A stretch of DNA of 64,000 bases. It comes from an uncultured euryarchaeote (GTDB taxonomy: Archaea; Thermoplasmatota; Poseidoniia; Poseidoniales; Thalassarchaeaceae). The translations under genes were made by a program, and so were the position numbers. The stretch lies in the NCBI GenBank assembly GCA_937911265.1, contig CALDRG010000064.1, positions 8,350 through 72,349 of the forward strand. Reading direction: 5' to 3'. The notes under the pieces are model-generated. The model did no database searches. It was given only the letters and a program-made list of their open reading frames with translations, and had not been told where the DNA came from. Below are positions 1 through 8,497 of the stretch, one piece after another; position 1 is the first letter of the stretch; every line of letters starts with the position of its first letter.

Positions 1-371
1 CTTCCCAAGGAGATGTCACCGCTTCGCTGAGGAACTGCTCTATGGCCGGCCCGCTGAGATCTTCGTAATCACCCGCACTGGCTCTGTCGGAGGCGGTAAG
101 CACCCCGAATTTGCACACTTGACTAGCCGCCATCGTCCCCCGACAAGAGGTTCTGTGAATAAACGCCGCCGCCGCTTGAAGGTCACTAGCAATGCACATC
201 TTCAAAGACCGCCGCGTCAAACGCGAGGCCCCGGAGGCGATGAAGTGCTGAGTCTACCCCAACACGCACAAACAAACGTTGCCCCAGCATCGCTGCCCGA
301 AGCTTCCCCGGAGGCTGCCGCATCAGTGGTTTATGTAGGCTCAGACCTCATGCACTGATGTAGGTGAGCAA

Positions 372-2060
372 ATGACGGAAGACGGAAGATATGCAGCACA
401 GACGAAGATAGTCAAACAGGAGTGTCCTGACGCGGACGATAGCGAGATAGCCGAGGAGTTCCGGCGCTACGAGGAGGAGTTCCTGATTCCTCCTGAGGAC
501 GCTCTGCGCTCGGTGGTCAGGAAGTTTCAGACTGCAGCTGGGATGGAAGTTACCAAGATCGCAGCTCCTGCTAAGGTTGAGAAGAAGGTCAACCGCTTCT
601 CCGAGTTAGGTGCTGAGGATCGCAACGTCACCATCGAAGTCGCGGTGATTACCTACACGCCACGTATTCAGATGATCCGTGGCGAGGAACGGCAGGTTGC
701 CTTTGGATGGATCGAGGACAATCCATGGGAGGGCAGCGACAATCGCGAGCGCTGGGACTTCAAGGACTGGGGCGAGCAGGGCGAGAACCTGGCGCCCGGC
801 TCAGTGGTACGCCTCGAGGGCGCATCAGTCAACGAGTGGAATGACAAGCGCTCGCTCAATATCAACCGGACAACTCGTGTCACCGTCCTCAAGGAGGGTG
901 GCACCCCTGTGATGCAGGCCAGCAGTGAACCTGTCGACATTGCCACTGCTTCGGCGAACGAGGGCTACGTCAATCTCGTAGCGCGACTGATATCAGCCAA
1001 GCCGGATGTCATAGTCAAGCGCGATGGGAGCGGCGAACTCGAGGTCGTCCGCGGCAGACTCGGCGATGCCAGTGGCAGCATTGGATTCTTGTCTTGGATT
1101 CCCCTGGAGCATGAGCCTGGAACTTTGCTCAAGATCGACAGCGCATCGATTAGGAAGTTCCGCGAGACCCCTGAAGTCAACATCGGGGACCGCACTATGA
1201 TCGAGGTCTACCACGATTCAGCATTCACCAGTATGGAAGACCTGTCTAAGGCCAACAAGGTCGCTATCTCGGATCTACGCAGTGGCATGCGCGACATTGA
1301 GATCACCGTGCAGGTCGAATCTTGGATTCAGCGCTCCTTCACCTCTAAGGACGGCACCGAGCGAGTCGTCCGCAGCGGTGACGTCATCGACCCAAGCGGC
1401 CGCTCCCGTCTGACCGCGTGGTGCGAGGTCGACCCCGAGCCCGGGGACTTCCTTCATTTGACCGAGGCGAGGGTTCAATCTTGGCAGGGTTCACCCGATC
1501 TGGTCATCGATGACGCCGCACAGGTTTCGAATCTGTCCGATGCTCCATGGGAGCCGATAGATCCAGAGCAGCATTGGGTCGACATAGACCTCACTTCCAT
1601 GGTGAGCGGTGGTTCTCGCCGAGGCATCCGGACCAGCGGGACGATTGTCGCAGTTCGCCCCGATTCAGGCATAATCGAGCGCTGTCCCGAGTGCAGGCGC
1701 GTCCTCAGGGACGACGCCTGTGCAGAGCACGGCCCGCAGCGTGGAGAGGAGGATCTGAGACTCAGGTTCGTCATCGACGACGGGGTGTCTAACGCCTCCC
1801 TGCTGATGTCGAAGGACGTCTCCGAAGCGTTCCTCGGAGTTGATCAGGAATCTGTGAAGGAGCAGATTTCCAAGGAGGGCCGTGATGGTTTCGTAGCCTC
1901 GTTGCGTCAGCGCGTACTGGCGCAGCGCCTCAGTATCAAGGGGCGCTCGATAGTGGACGATCAGGGGGCGATGCTGCTTGCCGACGAGGCAGAGCAGAAC
2001 CAGATATCCCCTGCTGAGGCAGCCAATCAGGTGATGCAGCGCTGGGGGGTGGTCCTGTGA
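372..2060 (+). CDS. rpa: Replication protein A-like ssDNA-binding protein (multiple OB-fold segments plus C-terminal zinc ribbon)
   Basis: 562 aa; C-terminal CPECRRVLRDDACAEHG Cys4-type zinc ribbon after repeated OB-fold-like segments; stop overlaps start of downstream OB-fold gene (ATGA at 2057). Confidence 0.6.
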   Translation: MTEDGRYAAQTKIVKQECPDADDSEIAEEFRRYEEEFLIPPEDALRSVVRKFQTAAGMEVTKIAAPAKVEKKVNRFSELGAEDRNVTIEVAVITYTPRIQMIRGEERQVAFGWIEDNPWEGSDNRERWDFKDWGEQGENLAPGSVVRLEGASVNEWNDKRSLNINRTTRVTVLKEGGTPVMQASSEPVDIATASANEGYVNLVARLISAKPDVIVKRDGSGELEVVRGRLGDASGSIGFLSWIPLEHEPGTLLKIDSASIRKFRETPEVNIGDRTMIEVYHDSAFTSMEDLSKANKVAISDLRSGMRDIEITVQVESWIQRSFTSKDGTERVVRSGDVIDPSGRSRLTAWCEVDPEPGDFLHLTEARVQSWQGSPDLVIDDAAQVSNLSDAPWEPIDPEQHWVDIDLTSMVSGGSRRGIRTSGTIVAVRPDSGIIERCPECRRVLRDDACAEHGPQRGEEDLRLRFVIDDGVSNASLLMSKDVSEAFLGVDQESVKEQISKEGRDGFVASLRQRVLAQRLSIKGRSIVDDQGAMLLADEAEQNQISPAEAANQVMQRWGVVL

Positions 2061-3004
2061 TTCAGGAGCCAGCGAGACGCATTGCGCGTCAGAGCGCCGT
2101 GAGACTGTTCGCGCAGGAGTACCGGGACGCCTCGTTGACCGAGGAAGGCTCCGGAGAGTACGACCCGTCGTTTGTCATCACGAAGATAGGCGCTAAGATT
2201 AGCCGCGTCCTAGTCTGCGGGGTCATCGACCGCATGGAGCGCCGCGAGGGCGACAGCGGCCCGAACTACTCCGGTCACGTCAGGGACCCAACTGGAAGCC
2301 ACCTGTTCAGCGTGGCTTCATTCCAGCCAGAGCTGCATCCCGATTTCGAGGAGTTGATGGCGCGCTTCGAGAGTGGCGACCGCTTCCTGATGGCACTTGT
2401 CGGCAAGGCAAGGTGGTTCGAGACGGAAGACGGTGGCATGTTCACCTCGTTGCGCGCGGAGGAATTTACAATCATAGATAGGGAGTGCTACACCAATTGG
2501 CTGGTTGAGGCAGCCGAGGCCACTCTGCGGCGCATCGACGCTCACTCCACCTCCCTAGAGGCGGACCTTACCCCCACTGCTTTCGAGGCAGCCGGAGTGC
2601 CGCACGATCTCGTGGACGGGTTGATACTCGCTCGCGGTCACTACGGCGACTTCGATCCTGAAGGCTACCGCGTCGGTGTCCTGCAGGCCCTCTCTATGGC
2701 GACCGGCAGGACCAGTCTGATGGAGGCGCCGCCGCAACCCGCCGTAGCGACTCTCGATGAGGCCGCCTTGCAGGTACCGAAAAGCAACGAGTCTTCCGCT
2801 GAGCCCGGCGACGCTATCGAACTCATCGTCGAGACAATTCGCTCGCGCGATACCGGCGAGGGCGTTGAGTACAACGATCTGGTGACTGCACTTGTTCACG
2901 GCGGTCACTCGCGAGAGTCAGCCGAGGACGCGATAGATCAGGCTCGCGACCAGGGCGAGGTGATGGAGCCGCGTTTCGGCTTCTTCCAATTGGTGCCGGA
3001 GTGA
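2057..3004 (+). CDS. RPA-associated protein (single OB-fold, RPAP/COG3390-like)
   Basis: 315 aa, translationally coupled to rpa; the rpa-rpap operon arrangement is known in euryarchaea; the family assignment itself is inferred from context. Confidence 0.45.
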   Translation: MIQEPARRIARQSAVRLFAQEYRDASLTEEGSGEYDPSFVITKIGAKISRVLVCGVIDRMERREGDSGPNYSGHVRDPTGSHLFSVASFQPELHPDFEELMARFESGDRFLMALVGKARWFETEDGGMFTSLRAEEFTIIDRECYTNWLVEAAEATLRRIDAHSTSLEADLTPTAFEAAGVPHDLVDGLILARGHYGDFDPEGYRVGVLQALSMATGRTSLMEAPPQPAVATLDEAALQVPKSNESSAEPGDAIELIVETIRSRDTGEGVEYNDLVTALVHGGHSRESAEDAIDQARDQGEVMEPRFGFFQLVPE

Positions 3005-4012
3005 TTACTCCTCATTGGGCTTGGAGATAAGCGTCTCTGCGTATCGCATTCTCTCTCTGACTCGCTCTAGCGTCGCCGCCGAATCGATCCTTTGCCTGGG
3101 TCCATTGCCTATCTCAGCGCCCTTGATCTCAGCGATGTTGGTGGCTACGCCAATCACTCTTCTACGCACCTCCTTTTGTTCCAATGGCCAGCCTCTGCGC
3201 TCTGCGAGTCTGATGAAGAGTGCTTCCTCATCTCCCCCCCATCTCCCTCCATGACCCCTGAGGATTGTTCCGACCATCCTCTCGAGGTCCTCCACTCTAG
3301 CCCGGATGGTCAGTAGGGCGCCTTGTATCGAGGGTTCGACCTTGTCAAGCTCGAGGACCAATGCGTCGCCGGCGTCCTCAAGAACCGCATTGGGCGAAGG
3401 CGCTTCAAACTCCGACTCCTCGCCGACCACCTCCGACTCCTCAAGTCCGACTACTTCCTCTTCAGGCTCATCGGACCTCGCTTCAATCATCTCAACAGCA
3501 GATGCATCGGGTATCCCCGTTCGCCATAGGCTGCGCTTGATTCTTCCCCACCCGTTGGCCTGACTGGTCAGGACTCCTGCCACATGACCCATCAGCACAG
3601 TCCGATTCCCCGTCAGCGGCAGCTCCAGCCTCTGACAAAGCTCGTGAAGCTCGTCTCGCTCCATCTCGGCCAGACGTTCCACAGTGAGTCTGCGTGAGTC
3701 GAAGTTCAGATGCATCCATAGCCTCTGGCGTCTCTCTTTGTGAGATCCGGATGACTTGATTCCAAACAGTTTCAGCACACCACCTATCTCCTTGTGCATC
3801 ATTGATTGGATACCTTCCCAAGACAAATCGGATCCGCTGAGGATTTGGTTGTGAATCAGCCTAGCACGCAGTACTTCGACCGATCCACTCTTGCTCAGAC
3901 CTGCTTCTTCAGCCCTTTCTCTCAGCTCGATAAGACGCCCCCTGTACAGGGCGTCTAGCAGCACTCTGTCAATCTCCAAAGCAGCACCCTCTTTGGCCTC
4001 TCGACCATCCAA
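3005..4012 (-). CDS. SAP-domain-containing hypothetical protein
   Basis: Two SAP-like helix-extended-helix motifs (LSKSGSVEVLRARLI; LPLTGNRTVLMGHVAGVL) and an acidic central region. Confidence 0.5.
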   Translation of the reverse strand: MDGREAKEGAALEIDRVLLDALYRGRLIELRERAEEAGLSKSGSVEVLRARLIHNQILSGSDLSWEGIQSMMHKEIGGVLKLFGIKSSGSHKERRQRLWMHLNFDSRRLTVERLAEMERDELHELCQRLELPLTGNRTVLMGHVAGVLTSQANGWGRIKRSLWRTGIPDASAVEMIEARSDEPEEEVVGLEESEVVGEESEFEAPSPNAVLEDAGDALVLELDKVEPSIQGALLTIRARVEDLERMVGTILRGHGGRWGGDEEALFIRLAERRGWPLEQKEVRRRVIGVATNIAEIKGAEIGNGPRQRIDSAATLERVRERMRYAETLISKPNEE

Positions 4013-4079
4013 TGGTCATATCGCTTACGCAGCACCACAGGTGCTGGGAAGGCGGTTTAGGGTGAAATGCCTCTGGCCG

Positions 4080-5204
4080 CTACTCGACTAGGTCGATGTA
4101 GGCGAGAGCATCGATGTCCGTGTAGAAGTCCTTCGGTACCTCTCTGGAAGCCTCTCGTACCAACACCTCCCAGTCCCGTAGCAGTGAAATCGTGGCGTGC
4201 TCAAAAATGGCATGTCTGACTATTCGGTCGAGACCCAACGTCTTGCGACCGTTCTTGGAGATAATCTCCAGCCGAATTTCGACGTGCAAATCGTCACCTA
4301 GGACCTCTCCTTCGGTATCGTGGCATGACTGCTCGAGAGTGATGTCCTTGTGCTCCTCTGCTTGCTTCATCAGAGAGCGGACATGGCGGTGCCTCACTAG
4401 AATTCCAGTTCGCTCCAGCATCTCCTCGCTCAGTCCCGATATCATCAGATCTTGGACTCGCCACGAGGTGTTCCCCTCTGGCTCAGTAATCTGCTCCGAG
4501 ATACTGATCGGGAATCTCCTTCTGGCCACCAGAATCACCAGATCGGCGTACGGAAGAGGCAGAAAATGGGCGCCCCCCCGGTCCTTGGGGTCAGGTAGGA
4601 GAGCGTGTCTGCGGCCGCTTATGTCAAGCTCGTCGTAGATGGGCCTCGAGGTGATGTAACCGTCGATATCGTCGCTCCGCCTCAGCTCCTCCATCCATTC
4701 TACTAGGGGGGCTGGATTACTCGGAGGTTCATCGAGGCCGACTATCGCAGCGAAAGCCATGGGCCCGAGGATTCTGATACCTCTACGGGCCCGCCGGAGT
4801 TGTCTGCGAACCATCTTGGAGTCGGACAGTATGATGGCTGACTTAGGTTGGTAGTCGATCTTGTTCTCGGAGACAAGGACAAGGTTGGGGCGTCGGGGGG
4901 CTCTCGCCCCAACTACCTCGCAACCGGCTGTCAGCATCTCAGCCTGCCTGCCGTGGAGCAGCCTAGCAGGCATTGCCACCATGTCGAACTCGCCGTCCCT
5001 GAGCAGCGCCAATCCTTCCGAGAAGCCGTTTATTGCTCGGCTGTCTATGGAGATTTCAGGAGCGTCTCCGGAGGCCGAAAGTATCGCTATGTGCTCAGAT
5101 ACAGGGCAGTCTGGTGAATCAATGGTAGCGAGTGTCAGTTCGTCCATCATCGTCCACCTCGGGGGAGGGGGCACGCACCGTACCCGTTCAGTCGGCACGC
5201 ACAC
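4080..5204 (-). CDS. Hypothetical protein, weak resemblance to porphobilinogen deaminase (HemC) fold
   Basis: Segments resemble HemC (LALLRDGEFDMVAMP; SKMVRRQLRRARRGIRI; C-terminal SCHDTEGEVLGDDLHVEIRLEIISKNG resembles the cofactor-Cys region) but are very divergent; the true start may be the internal MMDELT. Confidence 0.35.
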   Translation of the reverse strand: MCVPTERVRCVPPPPRWTMMDELTLATIDSPDCPVSEHIAILSASGDAPEISIDSRAINGFSEGLALLRDGEFDMVAMPARLLHGRQAEMLTAGCEVVGARAPRRPNLVLVSENKIDYQPKSAIILSDSKMVRRQLRRARRGIRILGPMAFAAIVGLDEPPSNPAPLVEWMEELRRSDDIDGYITSRPIYDELDISGRRHALLPDPKDRGGAHFLPLPYADLVILVARRRFPISISEQITEPEGNTSWRVQDLMISGLSEEMLERTGILVRHRHVRSLMKQAEEHKDITLEQSCHDTEGEVLGDDLHVEIRLEIISKNGRKTLGLDRIVRHAIFEHATISLLRDWEVLVREASREVPKDFYTDIDALAYIDLVE

Positions 5205-5244
5205 TTGTTGATAAGGCGACCCCTGCCAAGAAAGGACGAATCAC

Positions 5245-6225
5245 ATGGTCTCGTTGGGCTCAGTCAGGACAGATCTCGACAGACGCAGAGATACCATCGA
5301 GGAAGCGCTCGAGGGATTCGTTCAGCAGCGCATGGCCGGCTCAGAGGCTCCGGCGATGAAACTGGCTAGCGACATCCTGTTGGCAGGGGGCAAGAGGTAC
5401 CGCCCCATCATCGCCCTCCTCGCCTACGAAGCCGCCGGTGGTGACGACATCTCCAAGATCATAAATTTCGCAATGTCTTTAGAAATAATTCATACAGCAA
5501 CCCTCGTCCACGACGACATCTATGACCAGTCGAAGATCCGCCGCGGCAAGCCCACCTTGCACACCTCCAGCGGCCTGCCTCATGCCATCATAGCGGGGGA
5601 CTACCTGTTCGCACTGGGTTTTGGCCTGGGGGGGCATCACGAAGATCAAGTGGTGGACCGCGTGGCTGAAACTTGCGGGCGAATCGCCACTGGTGAGCTC
5701 CAACAGCTCGAGCACATCGGAAACCTCGCCACCACTCCGGAGGACTACTATGCCATCGTCGATGGCAAGACTGCCTTCCCCTTCGCTTCGGGATGCTGGG
5801 GCGCAGCAGTATTGGCAAAAGCGCCCGAGGCGACAGTCACTGCATTGGAGCTATTTGGCATGGAGTTCGGCAGGGCCTTCCAGATGGTCGATGACCTGCT
5901 GGATCTTACCGGAGAACCCTCTATGGGCAAACCGAGAGGAACTGACGTCCACGATGGCAAGATGACTCTACCCATCATCCATGCACTGACCATGCTGCAC
6001 GGGGCCGAGCGCGAACAGTTGGCTGATGTGCTTCAGAACTTCAGCGACGAGCGGTGGGAAGAGCTGATTGAGTTGCTTGATGCAGCAGAATCCTTGTACT
6101 ACGTGAAACAACTCATCGAGAATCACGTCGAGCGTGCCATGAACGCGCTCAAAACTCTGCCTAGGACCGAAGCACGCGACATGATGTCCGAGTTAGGCAG
6201 AATCTCCGAATCGCGCCGGAACTGA
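5245..6225 (+). CDS. idsA: Geranylgeranyl diphosphate synthase (trans-polyprenyl synthetase)
   Basis: First and second Asp-rich motifs LVHDDIYD and FQMVDDLLD; KRYRP motif. Confidence 0.9.
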   Translation: MVSLGSVRTDLDRRRDTIEEALEGFVQQRMAGSEAPAMKLASDILLAGGKRYRPIIALLAYEAAGGDDISKIINFAMSLEIIHTATLVHDDIYDQSKIRRGKPTLHTSSGLPHAIIAGDYLFALGFGLGGHHEDQVVDRVAETCGRIATGELQQLEHIGNLATTPEDYYAIVDGKTAFPFASGCWGAAVLAKAPEATVTALELFGMEFGRAFQMVDDLLDLTGEPSMGKPRGTDVHDGKMTLPIIHALTMLHGAEREQLADVLQNFSDERWEELIELLDAAESLYYVKQLIENHVERAMNALKTLPRTEARDMMSELGRISESRRN

Positions 6226-6229
6226 GCCC

Positions 6230-7327
6230 ATGCAACTGTCCCGCACTGACTGGGACGCCATAGTGATAGGAGGCGGTCCGGCGGGCAGTACCGCCGCTCG
6301 CTACATCGCCGAAGGTGGGGCCGACGTGCTGGTCATAGATGGCAGGGATTCGATCGGCTCGCCGCTGCAGTGCGGCGAATTGGTCCCCAGCAACGCCGAG
6401 ATGTGCAGGTTGTGCCCAAACGTTCCCGAGATTGACGACCTTCTGAGGACTCCTGATTCGGCAGTCTCTATGCGTACCAGTGAGATGAGGCTGGTCCCAC
6501 CTTCCGGCAAGCCGCTGTGCTATGATTTCGAGGGTATAGTACTGGATAGGGTCGCCCACGACGAGGCCTTAGTCAAGCTCGCTGAGTCGAGGGGTGCTCA
6601 GTACTTGGTCGGCAGCAGGGTCGAGAGCGTGGACGGTGAGGCAGTACGTCTCAGGGACGGTTCGGAGTACACCGCTAGGGTAGTTATTGGAGCCGGTGGT
6701 CACAATGACCCCTTGCGCAAGTCCGAGTGGGAGGTCGAATCGCTCATCATCCCTGTCAAATTTGTCCTTATGTCTGGAGACTTTGAAGACGCCCTAGAGC
6801 TTCACTTCGGCTCGATGGCCCCGGGCGGGTACGCCTGGAAGTTTCCCAAGAGGGGAGGCGCTAATATCGGCCTCGGCATCCAGACAGCCCTAGCCCGCGG
6901 GAAGAGCCTGAACGAGTACTCCGATGAGTTCATCTCGAGGTACGGTGGAAAGGTCGAATTCAGGGGGGCCGGTTCGTTACCGATGTCAGGCTCGATTGAC
7001 TCCTTCGTCAAGGGCAACCACCTGCTCGTCGGCGACGCGGCTGGCATGGTCCTCCCTTCTAACGGCGCTGGAATAACCATCGCGATGATTGGCGGGCGCA
7101 TCGCCGGACAGGTCGTCGAAGAGCACCTTCGCATAGGCACCCCACTCAGTGAGTACGAGGTGAGGTGGGAGGCTCAGATGGGTAAGGTGATGCGCAATTC
7201 GAAGCGGGCATTCAGGCTCGGAAGTCTGCTGTTCCGCTCACCTGATTGGTTGCTTAATCTGTCCTTTAACAGATTGACTAAACCTCTCATCTGGCGTGCA
7301 GTGACCTGCCGTCCTCTGCTAGGTTAG
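6230..7327 (+). CDS. Geranylgeranyl reductase family FAD-dependent oxidoreductase (digeranylgeranylglycerophospholipid reductase-like)
   Basis: N-terminal FAD-binding motif DAIVIGGGPAGSTAARYIAEGGADVLVID; length and lipid-gene neighbourhood. Confidence 0.85.
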   Translation: MQLSRTDWDAIVIGGGPAGSTAARYIAEGGADVLVIDGRDSIGSPLQCGELVPSNAEMCRLCPNVPEIDDLLRTPDSAVSMRTSEMRLVPPSGKPLCYDFEGIVLDRVAHDEALVKLAESRGAQYLVGSRVESVDGEAVRLRDGSEYTARVVIGAGGHNDPLRKSEWEVESLIIPVKFVLMSGDFEDALELHFGSMAPGGYAWKFPKRGGANIGLGIQTALARGKSLNEYSDEFISRYGGKVEFRGAGSLPMSGSIDSFVKGNHLLVGDAAGMVLPSNGAGITIAMIGGRIAGQVVEEHLRIGTPLSEYEVRWEAQMGKVMRNSKRAFRLGSLLFRSPDWLLNLSFNRLTKPLIWRAVTCRPLLG

Positions 7328-8139
7328 GGTGAGGACGCATACCAGATGGTAACCATACCTGGGAACACCACCTTTGCCCGGACGTCGACGAAGCCGACCT
7401 CTTCGAGCATCTTGACATAATCTCTCGTGGTTCCGAAACTGGAGTATGTCTTCGCCAGCCACCTCCAGGGATGGTCGCCCCTCCTGAAAATCAGTCTAGC
7501 GTATGCTCCGACCCAGATTCTCATCCATAGCCACCCGAGGACGCCGTGGAGGCGATTCATCTTGGCAGGGTCCACTATCACTAGGGTGCCACCGGGCCTG
7601 AGCACTCTCAGCACCTCTGCAAGGCCTGCGCGCTTGTCGTACCAATCTCTGAATGAAAACAGCGAGCAAACCGCGTCGAACGAACCAGCCTCGAAAGGCA
7701 TCTCCTCCGCCGTCCCCTCTACGAACTCGACCGCCGAGTCTCCTCTAGCAGCTCTCTTCGGACCGACACGGGCCTCGGCTATCCTGAGCATCTCGGGAAT
7801 TGGGTCGAGACACACTAGATTCCTACCGACGACATCCTCTGCGAAGCTCCCCGGCCCGCATCCGACCTCGAGGATGCGACCATTCTGAGGAAGTCCATCT
7901 CTAACCATCCTGCGCCATCTGGAGACCTGCCCCAAGGTGGCGAATCTGTTAATCCTGTCATACACCGGAATACTTTCCTCAAGATTGCGCTGGAGTTCAT
8001 CCCACTCCTCGGCACCGATCTTCTCGGTATCCACGTCTTGCCCTCCAGTCTCCTGTATTTGGTTGAATCCCGCAGATATGTTCCAGTAAGACGAAGGAAT
8101 GAGAAGGTCAAGGTGATATACTGTTCGACATTCACGCAT
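7324..8139 (-). CDS. Class I SAM-dependent methyltransferase, UbiE/MenG family
   Basis: YDRINRF...WRR UbiE-type N-terminus, SAM motif I ILEVGCGPG, post-I acidic residue; N-terminal 40 aa uncertain. Confidence 0.75.
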   Translation of the reverse strand: MRECRTVYHLDLLIPSSYWNISAGFNQIQETGGQDVDTEKIGAEEWDELQRNLEESIPVYDRINRFATLGQVSRWRRMVRDGLPQNGRILEVGCGPGSFAEDVVGRNLVCLDPIPEMLRIAEARVGPKRAARGDSAVEFVEGTAEEMPFEAGSFDAVCSLFSFRDWYDKRAGLAEVLRVLRPGGTLVIVDPAKMNRLHGVLGWLWMRIWVGAYARLIFRRGDHPWRWLAKTYSSFGTTRDYVKMLEEVGFVDVRAKVVFPGMVTIWYASSP

Positions 8140-8157
8140 GTCACCGAAGGTGACACT

Positions 8158-8475
8158 ATGGGACGAGCAGAAGTACTCCGCACCATCAAAGACTCAGAGA
8201 GCGAAGCGGAGAGGATCCGTGCCGATGCTGCAGCCAAGGCGAGCGAGACCATCTTGAACGCCCGCGTCAAGGCAACGGAGACATTGGGCACAGGCCGGCA
8301 GAGTGCCGACGACGAGGCCGCTTCGATAATCAGCGAAGCTCGCGCTTCTTCCGCGAAGGAGGCGACTAAAGTTTCCGCAGAGGGTGATTCCCAGTTAGAG
8401 AAGGTTGCAGTGAACGGCAAGAAGAACCGCAAATCTGCTGCCGACGCAGTGCTCTCTGCTTTCCGCAAAGCCTGA
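8158..8475 (+). CDS. atpH: A-type ATP synthase subunit H
   Basis: Roughly 105-aa Ala/Glu-rich coiled-coil protein (MGRAEVLRTIKDSESEAERIRADAAAKASE) directly upstream of atpI; the ORF-track start at 8038 would overlap the convergent methyltransferase, so the internal ATG is preferred. Confidence 0.7.
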   Translation: MGRAEVLRTIKDSESEAERIRADAAAKASETILNARVKATETLGTGRQSADDEAASIISEARASSAKEATKVSAEGDSQLEKVAVNGKKNRKSAADAVLSAFRKA

Positions 8476-8497
8476 GGCAACTGATACGAGGTGCAAC

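Noticed and set aside
119-358. 79-aa Arg-rich ORF upstream of rpa
   Set aside because: Its low-complexity basic composition is typical of out-of-frame or GC-rich noncoding reading and it carries no motifs. The region more likely holds the rpa promoter. A possible partial minus-strand gene running off the window start at 1-118 could not be supported.
8038-8157. Upstream 40-codon extension of the atpH ORF (MPSSLLYLVESRRYVPVRRRNEK...)
   Set aside because: It overlaps the 5' end of the opposite-strand methyltransferase gene by 100 nt and has atypical composition. The internal ATG at 8158 gives a canonical AtpH N-terminus.
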